Assembly (NCBI RefSeq): GCF_009914755.1
Contig: NC_060927.1
Strand: one strand, 5' to 3'
DNA: 64,000 bases
Source of the DNA: the human T2T-CHM13v2.0 reference genome, Homo sapiens
Below are positions 14,076 through 31,170 of the stretch, piece after piece. Positions within the stretch are counted from its first letter, which is position 1. Each line of letters starts with the position of its first letter. The notes below the pieces were generated by a model, which saw only the letters and a program-made list of their open reading frames with translations, searched no databases and had not been told where the DNA came from. The translations under genes and the position numbers were made by a program.

Positions 14076-15069
14076 AGCTCTTTCTGGATCTATCAGTCTA
14101 CATCCGGGATGTAATTGTCAAAAGCATCTTCTTTGAGGCAACTTATTCCCTATGCCCAGCTCATTTTGGACAACTTCACTGAAGTTGGATGATAAAATGC
14201 TCTCAGACTTATTTTCCTTTAAAATTATTATTGTACTGATTACATGTGGAAGATTCATTGCTACTTCTGAATTTTGACGGATACAAGGCTACTAAGATGC
14301 CAATATTAGCTCTATTCCCATTCATCAGGGTACCCTGAGCATTTCAAGTCTGACTATAGAGATCAGGGAAGACAAAACTTGAGGGTAAAGGAGTCATCTG
14401 AGCTGGACATTAAAAGACAAGTGGAATTTTAGAAGGGGAAGTGAAGGGGAAGTGGAAAAAGGAGGCAGCAATGGTATGGGGAAATACATGGCCTGTACAA
14501 TGATTGGCAGTGAAGGCCCATTTAAGATGCTTATAATCTGTATTTTGCATCAGTTTCCAATGGGGATCCATTGATGTTCTCTCAACAGGGAGGGAACCTG
14601 GGCAGGGAGCTTACCTTTGATGCAGAGAAAGCAAGGTATAAGCCAATTAAAGGTGAGAACAGGTAGAGAGCTCAGTTAGACTAATGGTTCCCTCATACTG
14701 CCTGTTGATCACAATCACCCTAAGAACAACTTTTTTAAAAGCGTGGTTTTCTAAGCCCTATCCCAGACTTACTACACCAGAATATCCTAGAGGTAGAGTT
14801 CAAAACTGTGTTTTTTACACGTTCCCATGATAGCATTAAATTATTATTATATTGACAATGACCCATGGTGATGGCCTAAGGGACAGGCAGATTAGAGAGC
14901 CATTTGAGGAAGATACTGAAGACAAAACTGTTGCTTCCATTCTGTACAAATTTTCCAATATGAAATATTGGAAATATTTAGACAATAGAAACTTTGAAAA
15001 ACAAAATGAAGTAAAAGAATCAAGTAGGAAGTTTGCAAAGAGCTACTGAAAAAAATATACTATTCTTTA

Positions 15070-15278
15070 AAGCAGCTTTTCAACCTTCATACTATTGACA
15101 TTTGGGGTCAAATAATTGTTGTAGAAGCTGTCTGTGCTTTGTAGGATGTTTAGTAGCATCCCTGGCCTCTACCCACAAGATGCCAGTAGCATCCTCACAA
15201 TGTGTGATGACCAGAAATATCCGAGACATTGCCAAATGTCTACTCAGGGGCAAAATTGTCTCTGGTTGAGAACTGCTA
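15070..15278 (+). mobile_element. MER20
   Basis: actattgacatttgggg...gcatccctggcctctaccca...ggttgagaactgct. Confidence 0.85.
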
Positions 15279-17189
15279 CTCTAAAGACATAGCTTTTCAC
15301 CCTTAGTAGAGGATTCAAAAATAAGAACATTAAAAAGTCTAAAATGTCTTAAGATTCAAAGTGATTTGCTTCTGCTCACAAACAAGATACGGCAAATGCT
15401 TGGCTTCGTTGCTAAGAAGATATCATACCCTTGTTAGAAGGCTTAAAATGGCAACCCCAGATAGTAAAAAACTCTTTAGCTCACCGAATGCAGCAAAACC
15501 CAGATTTCAATTAAGAAAAAAAAAAATTAAGGCAGGTCCACAGAGAGAGTCATATTTTCCCAAAAGAAGCAGTAGCTGCATCCCCTCTAGAGACACTGAA
15601 AACTGTCGGCAGAGTAAACTCAGTGCCAATATTTTATACCTGGAAAAGATAACTAGTTAGGGAATTATCCTCTCTCTTTTCATATCTTCATCTAAAGCTA
15701 TTAATATTCAAGTTAACTGCCAACTATTTTCATATTTGCATTTAAATGGAAAATAAAATTCTGACATAGCTGACTTACTGGAGACCATCTTACTTTTAGC
15801 TTTTCTGTGTTTTGATGCTGCTGTGCATGAACTATTTAAAGAAAATGGAAACTATTATTGTTATACAGTTTAGTTAATACGTCCTCTAGGGAGACAATTG
15901 CTCTGCTTTTCTAGGACCTCTGTCTTACCTGTGGTGTAAGGTCAGTAACAATTTTAAGAAAAAGATACTACTGGAAGCTAGTCACAGATCCACAAATGAA
16001 TTTACTCTATGTGCATAAGATCCATAAAAGACATAAAATGTTTTATGCAGTTCAAGTCACACTGACTTGGATTAATAAAGGAAACAAAGTTTTATGACTT
16101 CAAGATTATTCTCAAGTGACATATCACTAAAAAAGCAGCCCAAGTATCATGATGGCTTGGGGAACTGTATTATCTTTCTACAACTTTTCGAAGTGCTAAA
16201 TGAAATGTCACTACCATTGAGGATTTAGCTACAGCAAACTTACGTTCCCAGCACAGAGCCAAAATGCCCCTAAAGGTTTGCTTCCTGCAAATGCCTTTTC
16301 TAACTACACATAAATAGAGAGCCGTTCTACCAAGAGAACTACAGTTGGCTTTTGCTCATGATCTTGTTTTATATTTATATATAAAAATCAATACAAATAT
16401 AATCTTCCAAAATATTATTCCTTAGCCTACAAGAAATACACTGATGGATGTAATACCCTAATTCGTGGGCTACTCCAAGATTTTCACTTAGGAAGGAATT
16501 AGGAAAAAATAGCTGAAATGGGACAAGGGAAAGATAGGGAAATTATCTTAAGGCAGGGTTTGCTTAGCAAGCACACTGAGTCTATATAGCATGGAAATTT
16601 ATTGGGAATGGCTTAGAATGATACGAGTGTTGACCTCCTTGCACCACCAGTAAATGACTCCATGGACTTCTGCTGCTCTGGACATAAAAGCAGATATCAG
16701 ATCGTTATCCCAGTCATCTCAGTATCACTAACAAGGATAAGTTAGTTGACAACCGCAATTCACGTTGAAAATGGTCTGGTTTTACCTAGAGAATCAACCG
16801 ACAACTATTCCATTGATAATCTGGGGTATAATATCAGCTAAAGTTCCCATTTAAAATGTATTGTAGAATCATATTTTCTATTTTGTTTTAGACTTAATAT
16901 CTTTATATTTTAATATATTTTACAAAATCTTAATGTATAAGTTCAAGTTCACACTTAGAAGGAGAACTGGCCTGTTTTTGACCTCCATGGCTGAAGATGA
17001 ATTACTAAACACTTAAGAGTTCTCATTCAAAGTATTCATAAAGGGGACGACATAAGAAAGGCAAGAAGCCATTCACTGTATGTACTTCCTAAGGGATCAA
17101 AGCTCAATAGCAATGAGAACCAAAGAGTCACTCCATTCCAGTATGTCCAGCTCTAATGATCTTAGAATGACCTTGGTCATGTCATTTTT

Positions 17190-17960
17190 CATTCAAGAAA
17201 TAGTTACCAAGGCATTCATCTGGCTCTGGGACTAGCAGGGAAAGCAAAAACAAAGCCAGGGCCCAACATCAAAGCTCTCCCACCAGACAGAAAGCTCTAG
17301 GTATTAAGCAAAATATGGATAGCAATCTATGTAAAATGTAACCATAATAAATGCTCAGAGATACAGGGAGCCTGAATTCAATCAGGAAAGAAGTCCCCGA
17401 AAAAATGATGATTAGCCAGAAAAGAAAGGAGGGAAACATATTCTATGAAGAGGGAACAGCCCATGCCAAAGGACCAGGGTAAGAGGGACTGACAAAAGGC
17501 CAGGATGTTTAGAGCAGCAAGAAGGAAGCGGAGGTGGTTTGGCCATGTTACACATTAAGGACCAGGCAGAGGCTAGTGGACCAATCACCAGAGGGTGCCA
17601 GTGGAATATTTTGAGGTGGACTAGCTTAGAGGATGTGCATTTTACAAAATTATTGTAGTCACTGTGTAGGGACCAGACTGGAAGGCAGCAGTCTAGCAGT
17701 CTAGATTCATCTCCATATGAGATGGCAGATTGGACAAGAGGAGTAAGCACAGTGTTGAAGAATCATGGAAAAGTTGGGTAGTAAAAATCCTAAGGACAAT
17801 GTAACCAACTGAACATAGGAAGAAGGTAGGTTTCTGGCTGGAGGACTGGGTAGACAATGGTGTTCTTCAGCAACAGTGAGAATTGAAAAGACGACCACTT
17901 GGGGAGAAAAGCGTTGGCTTCTAAGTCTTGAATAAGAATCTCCAACCATTAAATCTCCTT
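17190..17960. mobile_element. L2 fragment
   Basis: Purine-rich degenerate L2 motifs (gggaacagcccatgccaaagg). Confidence 0.6.
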
Positions 17961-18228
17961 TAAAGCAATAGGTATTTCTACTTGAGTAAATCATCTGGAT
18001 GTGGATTCTTGTCATGGTGTTTTGATACATTGGCCTGTCGACTCTGAAACCTTTATTTTAAATCGGGCTTGTGAAGAAGCTGAAATGAATTTAGTAGCCC
18101 TGCCTAAAATAATGAATTCTCCCACCAAATCACTGTTCTATAAAATCTGACACACAGAATGATGCCGGGAAATGCGCTTTTCAAAAAGGCCAAATCCGTA
18201 AGGTAGCACTGCCCAAGCAGGTTTATTA

Positions 18229-18519
<291 letters not shown>

Positions 18520-18634
18520 TCAATACAGAGTAGTACACTGAGTTCAAAGATTGCTATTAAATTTACTGTTGGTAAATTGAAGGAATCCAATCAGGCATAT
18601 ACTCTACAAAATATTTCATTTTTTTATTAAAAAT

Positions 18635-19240
18635 TTTAAAAGCAACAGATGTTGGTGAGAACGCAGAGAAAAGGGAATGCTTATACACTGTTGCTGTGAA
18701 GGTAAATTAGTACAACCTCTATGGAAAACAGTATGGAGATTTCTCAAAGAACTAAAAATCAACCACTGAATCCAGCAATCCCACCCCTGGAAAAGAGACT
18801 GTTATATCAAAAAGACACCTGCACTCATATGTTTATCACAGCACTAGTAATAAATAGCAAAGTCATGGAAACAACATGTGTCCATCAATGGAGGACGGGA
18901 TAAAGAAAATGTGGTATAGATATGCTATCAAATACTACTGAGCCACAGAAGAGAATGAAATCCTGTCTTTTACAGCACCATGGATGGAACTGGAGATCAT
19001 TATCTTAAGTGAAATAACCCAGAAACAAAGTCAAAAGTCAGTCATTTTCTCACTTATAAATGAGAGCTGAATAATGTGTACACAGAGACATAGAGTCATG
19101 GAACAACAGAAATTGGAGACTTGGAAGGGTGGGAAGGACGAGAAGTTACTTAAGGGGTACAAAGTACACTATTTGGGTGATGGCTACACTAAAAGCCCAG
19201 ACTTCACCACTATGTACCCTTAAATTTATACAAATATAAA
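18635..19240 (+). mobile_element. L1MA/L1PB-type 3' end
   Basis: ORF2 end plus 3'UTR motif gggtgatggctacactaaaagcccagacttcaccactatg. Confidence 0.85.
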
Positions 19241-19289
19241 ACAGATCACTTTTGCAGTGGACTGCCCAATTGTAAAATATAGCTGGTGA

Positions 19290-19510
19290 GATCTCAGGCT
19301 TTGTGGTGGGCTTGCCTGGGTTTGAATCTGACTGTGCCATTGTCTAGATTACACTAGTTCTCGGACTTCTCTTAGTGTCAGTTTCTTCATTTGAAAAGTA
19401 GATCCTCACCCCAGGATGTTAAGAGGATAAAGTTAATCCACGTGTGAAAGTCTTTGCTGACTTTGAGCCAGTCACAATAGTCTCAGAAAATGTCAGCTGT
19501 TAATATGGTC
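19290..19510. mobile_element. MIR
   Basis: ctgggtttgaatctgactgtgcc...cagtttcttcatttgaaaa core. Confidence 0.65.
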
Positions 19511-19699
19511 ATCATCTTTGATTGCAGGTTACAATGGTATTGCAACTGGTTCTTAAGTTTGATGCTGTCAATAGGAAAAACTAAAAGCACTAAAAATTTC
19601 CATCATACATGGTATTCATCTCTCCATGCCATTCTAGTGAGTGGACAGCAACCACTTAAAGTCAATTACAAGAAGCCACAGGAACATGGGAGGGCCTGG

Positions 19700-21658
<1,959 letters not shown>

Positions 21659-21829
21659 TGACAGGTTTGACTCAAACTATGCTGCCTGTGAAGTCAGAAA
21701 CTCTAGTTCAAACAAAGCTTTACAAATCCTAACAGCTACTTTTTACTGAGGGCCAGGCACCCGGCTAATTTCCTTCCTGCATTTTCTAATTTAAACCTCA
21801 CTACAAACCTGAGGTTAAAAATTATTTTT

Positions 21830-21985
21830 CAGGGCAGGGAGGTGAGGGATAAAAGACTACACATGAGGTACAGTGTATACCGCTCATTGGTGCACCCCTC
21901 ACCTATCTCAAATTACCACTAAAGAACTTACCCATGTAATAGAAAACCACTTGTTCCCCAAAACCTTTTGAAATAAAAAATATTT
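21830..21985 (+). mobile_element. Short old L1PA 3' end inserted within a MIR
   Basis: gtgagggataaaagactacac...accactaaagaacttacccatgtaa...aataaaaaa. Confidence 0.75.
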
Positions 21986-22546
21986 TTAAAAACATTATCT
22001 TGTACTTCATCGAAATGAAAAAACTGAGGTCCAGGGGCCTTAAGTGACTAGGGCAAGGTCACAGAGTCTGAAAACAGTCAAACAAGCTCTTGAAGAGAGG
22101 CAGTCTAATGCTAGAGCCCAAGTGCTAACGCTTATATTCATACCTCCCTCCCTTATGCATCTACTAGAAACAAATCCTTGTATGGAAGGAGGCAGCCAGT
22201 GCATTCAAACAGTTCCCCAGACAAACACTATGTGGCATGATGAGAGCACGGGACAATTTCATTATCCACTGAAGGGGCCAGACATTGTAGAATCTTCTCC
22301 ACAAGTGGCCACATTGTACCCGATTCTGGCCGAATATACTGAGCTACTATCTAGTGATATCCATCAAAACAAATAGTACCTAAGTCAGGTGGATTTGTGA
22401 TCTAGGGTAACCACTTGTTATTTAAATCAGGCATTGCCAACACCAAGAAAGGAATCTAGCCAAATTGGTTATTTATTGTGCCAGAGACTGCCACTAAACT
22501 GGGATGGATGTACATAGCAGGTAAAACCTAATAAAGTTATATTCTT

Positions 22547-22854
<308 letters not shown>

Positions 22855-25104
22855 TTATATTCTTTGCAGCCTCAAATATCATAACAATTTCCCCTTGCAG
22901 CTTCATGGAGCTGTGTCACTTTCAAAGCACTTCTACTTACTGTTCCTCTTTTGATTGTCCCAACAACCTTCAGAAGCCAGAAAGGGGAGCCAGATGGTAC
23001 CACAGATAAAAACCAGAGCTTCCCTCAGAGTTAGTAAAGGGGTGGAGGGTGGTACTAGAATCTAGATTTTCTTCTTCTCTATCCAGTAGTCTTTCTACTG
23101 TAACACAATTTTCAATAATATTTTAGATTAGGAAGTTCTACATAGAGTTTTACTATACTCATAGTGTTGACCACTCATTCTTGTCTGAATACCACAGATT
23201 GGTTCCAAGTGGATATAAAAATAAATAAGAGATGGCCCCCAGACCTCAATTTAAAATACCATCTGCAGGACTAGAAAAGTTACATAAATGTTGACAGAGC
23301 TTAGTTGTATTTACATAGAATTAGAGCTGAATTTAAAATACTTTGTCTTCAAAACTCTTCCTCAGACTAACTTTCTTCCACTCAGGAGTGAGAACCCGTG
23401 TACTTTGGAAAGGTATCAGAGTTTCATGAAAGATTCAAAAGCAGTCTTGACAGGTGGCCAGAGGTCCACAACTGAAGACAGGAGCGACAGTGACGGTTCC
23501 ACCTGGAAGCCAGCAGACGCATGTGGCTGAAGTGAGAGATGGTCAGGGAAGCCCTGGACACCCAGATTAGGAGGGTGTCTGGGAAGGAACCATTAGGGGC
23601 TCTCGAGGAAAATTCAAGATTAGACTTGGGTCTCTCAGCAGCAGACAGCCAGGGAAGGAGTCTGAGCCAAGTAGTGCAATAAGGTAGACAAAACTGGGTG
23701 CCAGAAGAGTTTGAGAAGAACAAACTCTAAAACAGAAGAGCAACTGAGGTGGGAGTGAAGTGAGAAATTGCGGAATAAATTCCCTGCAGAGAAAAACAAT
23801 GAATCAGATAATCTCAACCTTTCAGCAGATAAATTCCAGCCAGCACTTACTTACTGAACCCATGGGGACACAAGGTACTTCTGATGCCAAAACCTAGAAA
23901 AGGAGCTGGAGGGGGAAATAAAAATGACGGATCCGGATGTATATCACAGAACACTATGCCACTTCTTAACTACAGGAAAAAAAATCAGCATTTACCTAGT
24001 GTTTAGGGATTTAAATTAAAAAATTTAAAAAGGAAACCTGAAAGACCAAGACAGAACTCTTATGAGATTATCTACCAGGTTTTTCGTTTAATTGGAAAAT
24101 ATGGAGTGATGCTTTCTTCTAAAAACAGATTTGCCTCAGATTCCTTAAAATAGCAAGCTGCCCTGAAATGTAAAGGAGTCCTATTTGCAAATATATATAT
24201 TTTCCCATCTCACAGAAGAATACATTGTGAGGTGCCCTTGTTCGTCAAAGTGTTACCCATGATGGAGTTTCTTTGTGAAAGGCTTTATGGCAAGTGCTCT
24301 CTCAGAAATGACAGACGTAGAAGGAAACACCACAATAATCAAAAGACACATTGCAAATTCCGTTATGAGTTAAGGATTGACTAAAAACTGACAGCAAGGG
24401 TAAGAACCCACTGAGGGCTCGACCTGACAGAGAATAAGGTGATTAAACAGCCAGGAAATTTAAGCTTCGAGTGCACCTTCAGCCTCACTAGCAGGGACAA
24501 AGGACTCAGAAGTAGGATTTTATTAAAGTTACTGGTGAGAACATCTGCCCACTTTACTGAGCCTTGTCTCCACAGGAAAATAAGTTTGTAGGAGGCATAG
24601 ATATTTTTTTCCTGTTACAAAATATCATAATACACTTTAAATGAGAAAGTGTCTTGTCACTTCTATTTTTAAAATAAAATTCGTTTAAAAGCCCCATGCT
24701 TCCTGACTTATGAAAACACATAATACCCCTGTCTTCAAGCTGCCAACCTGTAATGAATTTCCAGTTTTATGCAGAAAGAAAGAAAAAAATAAAAAGACAG
24801 TGACGCCCTCCCTGGTTTTGTGGTAGCAACTGCTATATTCTATAATGCTGTTGTCGAGGTGAAAATTTCATGTGATAATTAGCTGTTTTGCTTCTAGTAC
24901 ATTTTCCTTACTCTCTATTGTATAAAATGAGTTTTATTTTGTATTCTTTTCCCAAATAAACATCACTCGGTTAAACAGAACACAATTATGTATTCATACA
25001 GTTACTTAGATAAGCCAGACTTCAAATTATAATAACCAAGGACATGCTCACTTTTCATGAGTTGGATTCTTACTTGCTGATTTAGTTTAGCTGTATTTAC
25101 ATGG

Positions 25105-25639
25105 TGTGATGGTTAATATTAAGTGTCAACTTGATTGGATTAAAGGATGCAAAGTATTGTTCCTGGGTATGCCTGTGAGGGTGTTGCCAAAGGAGATTAA
25201 CATTTGAGTTAGTAGACAAGGAAAGGCAGACCCACCCTTAATCTGGGTGGGCACTATCTAATCACCTGCCAGCACAGCTAGGATAAAAGCAGGCAGAGGA
25301 GCAGATCTTTCTCCCGTGCTGGATGCTTCCTGCCCTCAAACATTAGACTCCAAGTTCTTCAGCTTTTGGACTCTTGGAGTTACACCAGTGGTTTCCCAGG
25401 GGCTCTGGGCTCTCAGGCCTTCAGCCATGGGCTGAAGGCTGCACTGTTGGCTTCCCTACTTTTGAGGTTTTGGGTCTAGGACTGGCTTCCCGGCTCCTCA
25501 GCTTGCAGACAGCCACTTGTGGGAATTCACCTTGTTACTGTGTGAGTTAATACTCCTAATAAACTCCCCTTCATATATACATCTATCTCATATATACATC
25601 TATCCTATTAGTCCCGTCCCTCTAGAGAACCCTAATACA
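25105..25639 (+). mobile_element. MLT2A (MLT2A2-like) solo ERVL LTR
   Basis: TGTGATGGTTAATATT...CTAGAGAACCCTAATACA termini with perfect 5-bp TSD CATGG. Confidence 0.9.
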
Positions 25640-26103
25640 CATGGTGAAAGATATTCTAAAGAAAAATGTATGTTTCTACTGCAACTATGAACAGAAAAAT
25701 TAAGAAAACATCTTCCTAGAATATATGCTTTATAAAATATGCTCCAAGATTTTAACACTTTGTGTCTTCAGTTATTTCAATCCTATTATTATTTCAAGAT
25801 TCTGTGTTCTTTAAAAATTAAGCCATTAACTTTTATATTTCTTGTTAAGAAAAGAAGCCATACCAACTTGACCCAGCTAACAGGCATAAGAGCAGTAGTT
25901 AGAGCACTAACCATTTTTTTACAAGGAATCTTACTTGTTCACACATTCTGCAAGTAACACAATATTGTTAGTTCCACAAAGTACACAGAATACTGAGTCA
26001 GTGCATGAGTACACATACACTGATCTTTTGGAATCTACGTTTGTCCTCTCTACTAAATGCAGACCCACACAAGCATATCCACATACTTTGGGAACCTCTA
26101 AGT

Positions 26104-26302
26104 CAGGGTTTCTCAACCTCAGTGTCATTGACATTTGGACCTTGTTAATTCTTTATCGTGGCGGTCAATCCTGTACATTGTAAGATGTAAGGCAGCACTT
26201 CCGGCCTCTACATGCTACACACCAGTAGCACCCTCTCCCAGCTGTCTTGAGACAATATCAAATATCCCCAAGGGGGCAAAATCGCCCCTGGTTGAGAAAC
26301 TG
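26104..26302 (+). mobile_element. MER20
   Basis: cagggtttctcaacc...ggggcaaaatcgcccctggttgagaaactg terminal inverted repeats. Confidence 0.85.
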
Positions 26303-26527
26303 ATCTACAGTTTGAAGGCATACTAACTCAAAACGAGAGGTTGTGCTAGTTCATCAGACCTGCTCAAAGCTCTTACTTACGAAAATAATTCTAATCCATG
26401 ATAAACACCATGCTACCTCTATTTTATGTCTTCCTTCCTGCCCCTACCATGGGCAATTCCATGAATTTAAAGTTTTTGCACACCCACTTGTGAGTTTTCT
26501 CTCTCTCTCTCTCTCAAACACACACAC

Positions 26528-26890
26528 TGATACGGTTTGGCTCTGCCCCTACCCAAATCTCATCTTGAATTGTAGCTCATACAAGCCCCATGTTTCATGG
26601 GAGGACCTGGTGCAAGGTATTTGAATCATGGGGGTGGGTTTTTTTTTCCCATGCTGTTCTTGTGATAGTGAATAAATCTCAGAAGATCTGATGGTTTTAT
26701 AAAGGGCAGTTCCCCTGCACACACTCTCCTGCCTGCTGCCATGTAAGACATGCCTTTGTTCCTCCTTCACCTTACACCACGATGGTGAGGCCTCCCCAGC
26801 CACGTGGAACTGTGAGTCCATTAAACCTCTTTTGCTTTATAAATTACCCATTCTCGGGTATGTCTTTATTAGCAGCGTGAGACTAATACA
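26528..26890 (+). mobile_element. THE1 (C/D-like) solo MaLR LTR
   Basis: TGATACGGTTTGG...GACTAATACA termini; TSD CACAC. Confidence 0.9.
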
Positions 26891-27714
26891 CACACATGCA
26901 TGCTCGCACACACAAATCCTGACTGATTGTGAGCTCACCATGAAACCTATGCTGACGAGGTGACCTGTCAAATTTAGGCATCACATTTCTCCTTCTCCGG
27001 AATCTTACAGTGCTTTATATAAACTTTGTTCATAATACTTCATACTCTTTTTTATTGGCACACTCTCTTAAAACGCAAATTCCCAGAAGGCAGGAATTAA
27101 ATCCTAAAATTTGACTTATTCTAAGGCCTCTCACATCAAGGGTCCTTTTACCTTTCCAAGCCAGACCAAGCTACTTCTAGTTCCCGAGTTAGCCCCACTC
27201 ACTCTCATATGCTTCGTGCTGCCTTGTTCCCTGACTCCCTCCACCATCATATCCTTCTACCTACTAAATTCAGACTCATTGCTTCTCAAGGGGCAGCATC
27301 CCTGACCACCTCTCTGTTCTCCCTTTGAGTCCTTCATTAATAAAAGTTTGTTTCTCTGAACTAGTAAACTCTGAGTTCCTTGAAACCAGGACCTGAGTCT
27401 CCTTATCATGCTTCCATCTGGCATCTAGGGCAGGTCAGGCACAAAGGTGCCAAATTAAAATGATGAATGAACCAACGTATGCAATATACATATCCTCCCA
27501 ACTCCCAAAGTGTTTTGGCAAAATCCTCTCTGTCATTCATGTGTCTGCACTGAGAAAAATACGTTTTAAGTGGAAGGAGAACAAGCCCAGTGAAAACACA
27601 TTGTAAAGACAGACCCTATGTCTCATCACACAGCCCATAAAGCCATGAAACTTGTCTGCAGTCCACACAGTAACTCTCCTTCTTAACTAAGTGAATTGAC
27701 ATCTTGAAAAAGTG

Positions 27715-28102
<388 letters not shown>

Positions 28103-29039
28103 TTAAACCCAATATTTAGAAACCATTTTGACAAAATAAACTTCCTTGTACTACACATTTGTCTCATTTTATCATAAAACCATTCAGCATTATCTCTATA
28201 GAGCAGTATTTTCATAAATGTGTAGAATATAGTTTCCACCATAAAACAGACCTGTATATGCCAGCCGAAGATTCACAAAGAAGAATGCTTACCAGCTGAA
28301 TAGCTGTCTGTTTTAGGACCCATACCACAGTCTCACGATCAAATAATTCCCTGTCCCGTCTCCCAAATCCCCAATGTATATTAAAGACCCACTTCAATAA
28401 CTCAGGGGAGGTTTCGTAAGTTAATTATGATAAAAAAGTTTGGCAGAAGGGGAACAGCTAATTATTTTCCCTGTTTATATAATATAATCTATGGTTTTAT
28501 AGAAAAGCAATGAAAACACTAGATAATTATCTGTGGTGTGGATTAACAGAAATGCAAAAGGATATTCCAGTTTCTATGTCGGCATTAATTAGTGCCCCAT
28601 GCCAACATCTTCTTGCCTTTGTTTTAATTTAAATGTAAATTCAGGTAAATTTTATATTTTAGATCCTTTCTATTCTTATTGACAGATAAGAGGAACATAT
28701 CAGCAGAGAATAGGTCTTCTCACATTCCAATTAGGGCATGATACTGCATAATTATTATGGGATAAAGATTAAGCAGGTAAAGCTAAAAAGCCCTAATGGA
28801 AACATATTCAGATAAGGAAGAGATCAAAGAGAGATGAAATCAGACATACATCCCAACCAAAGCTTAAACTTCCTACACTTCTCAGTGACTTTGATCCAAT
28901 AAACATTTATTGAACACCGACTGTTTGCCAGACAATGTTAGGTATAGGAGACACAAGTTGAAAGACACAATCTCACCTTTCAGGGTACTGGCACTCTCTG
29001 ACCACAAATGTTACACTCAAGTTACATGTTTACATCAAG

Positions 29040-29270
29040 CATAACCTGCACTTTCCAATGTGAAGCTTTAAGCCACAAGTCCCTATTAAATCTAAATTTA
29101 CACTAGCCACATTTCAAATGCTCCATAGCCACGGGTGGCTAATGGCTACTAGCCACACTGGACATATATATCATCACATATAGATATCTATCTACACAGG
29201 TTATGTCCATAAATATATAGAGAGGGAACATGTGCATCATCACAGAACATTTTAGTAGACAGCACTGCAT
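29040..29270. mobile_element. MER3/MER33-like DNA transposon fragment
   Basis: ctagccacatttcaaatgctc...gtggctaatggctac...gacagcactg. Confidence 0.65.
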
Positions 29271-29403
29271 AGACTCTGCTCAGATGCTCCAGGACTGGTC
29301 CGTATCACTGATCCTGTGACACTAGGGAAACCATTTAGTTAACCTGAGAGTCTGTTTGTTTTGCCATAAACACAATCAAAATGTCCATCAATAAAGGAAT
29401 GGT

Positions 29404-29548
29404 GGCCAGGTGTAATGGCTCACACCTGTAATCCCCACACTTTGGGAGGCAGAGGTAGGAGGATTGCTTGAGCCCAGCAGTTCAAGGCAGCAGTGAGTTA
29501 TGATCATGCCACTGCACTCCAACCTAGATGACAGAGCAAGACCCTATC
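29404..29548 (+). mobile_element. Alu monomer (FRAM/FAM-like) within an L1ME 3' fragment
   Basis: Single arm ggccaggtgtaatggctc...gcactccaacctagatgacagagcaagaccct. Confidence 0.8.
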
Positions 29549-30149
29549 ATTATTTTTAAAAGGGAAGACGAATGGCTAAATAATTATGGCCTATCCATAC
29601 ATGGAATGCTATGGAGCAATTGAAAACACCCAGTTAGATCAATATGTACCAGCACACAAAGATTTCTGCAACCTAATACTGATAGGAATAAAGCAGGATG
29701 CGTGAAATATCCAATGTGATAGCATTTGTGTAAAACACACACTCATATTGAAATCTACCACTGTTTTCTACAAACCTATCTCCAAATACACAGATATACA
29801 GAAAAATATATTGACCAAACAGATAAATGCAGTTACTTCTAGGGTGGTGGCCAAAGGGGATTTGCCCATACATACAATTTAAAACAAGATAGTTTGCGGT
29901 AAGGTATTCACATTTTCTTTACTAAGATAAAGATACTAATAGTCATCACTGCCCTATCAGTACTTTTTAGGTACCAATAAAAGTGCTTTGAATATTGTAC
30001 AACATTATTCTGGGTTAGACAATATAAAAAGAGTTTGTTAGAAGACATTTAAGGCCTACAGAGGCAAGCAAACATATTGTCTGTAGAGAGCAATCTGTGA
30101 TTAGCAAAGTCCATTCTCCACTGTACTAAAAGTTGTTTGTGGGCCAGCC

Positions 30150-30790
30150 AATGGGGAAAGATGAAAGTAAGAGACCACATCCCCATCCACAAGCTGTTTA
30201 CATACTAACTGGAAGGCATACGTTTTTACAATAACATGGGATGAATGTCATGAACTGGAAATCCAGGGTGATGCAAGAACTTACAAGAGATTTGAAAGGA
30301 GAATAAGAAGAATTAAGCAGACCAGGTGTGTCTCATGGGGAGGAGGGCAATGATTCAGGCAAGGGATATAAATTAGTAATGTGCAGAAATGAAAAGAAAT
30401 GGGAAGAACTCTGGATTGCCTAGGGTAGAGTACTTGAAAGAGAACTGAGACACAGATCTTGCAGGGCTCGGCAAGCCATGGTAAAGAACTCCTGGAGTTT
30501 ATCTTAAAGAGAGTGGGAAGCCACTAAAGTGTGGTTTTCAGTATGGGAGTGACATAATCCATTCTGTTTGTGTAGATCATTCTGGGTAGAGGACTGAAAG
30601 CGGAAGGAGAGGTGTGGCACACTCAGCAAGATCTAAGGGTGGCCCCTAGACTGTGGACGTAGCAGTGGGGATGGAGAAAAGTGGGCTGATTTGAGAGACA
30701 GCCAGCAGAAAGAATGGTTGTGATGTGATTTGGATTCAATTAATAGAGATGATAAATACATTAGACTTCCCCAGCTGGAGATATACAGAC
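30150..30790. mobile_element. L2 fragment
   Basis: gggaagccactaaag...gggagtgacataatc L2 motifs. Confidence 0.6.
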
Positions 30791-30849
30791 TCAGCATATT
30801 TCTTTTAAATGCCATTTTTTAAATGTTAAAGATCTTCATCTTTTTTTAA

Positions 30850-31170
30850 TAGGTTGACAATCCTTTATCAATAATCCCCAAATCCAAAAAGCTTTGGAAA
30901 TTGAAAGGTTTTCTGTAAGATGACAGCAAAACCTGACTTGAATTAACATGAAGTTCTTTATCCAGCCTTATCCCATGCTGCATGAATATTCATACATTTC
31001 ACTGCAGATATAGTAATATTTCTATGATTATGGGGTGCAAGTGGAGAGTACAGTAGGTCTGTAAGGTAATAGATGGTATATTTACTATGTTACCCACATA
31101 AAATATGAGCAAAGTCTGAATTCAGCAACACATTTGGCCCCCAAAGTTTCTGATAAAGAACTGTAGGTGG
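30850..31170 (-). mobile_element. MER96B-like DNA transposon
   Basis: tctgaattcagcaacacatttggcccccaaagtttctgataaag resembles the reverse complement of the MER96B terminus. Confidence 0.55.

Noticed and set aside
23900-25100. Repeat-poor intronic stretch as a possible enhancer
   Set aside because: Conservation and chromatin state cannot be judged from sequence alone, and there is no distinctive motif cluster.
26791-26803. PRDM9 hotspot motif in THE1 LTRs
   Set aside because: The sequence is CCTCCCCAGCCAC, lacking the T at position 7 of CCnCCnTnnCCnC; the other THE1 copies match less well.
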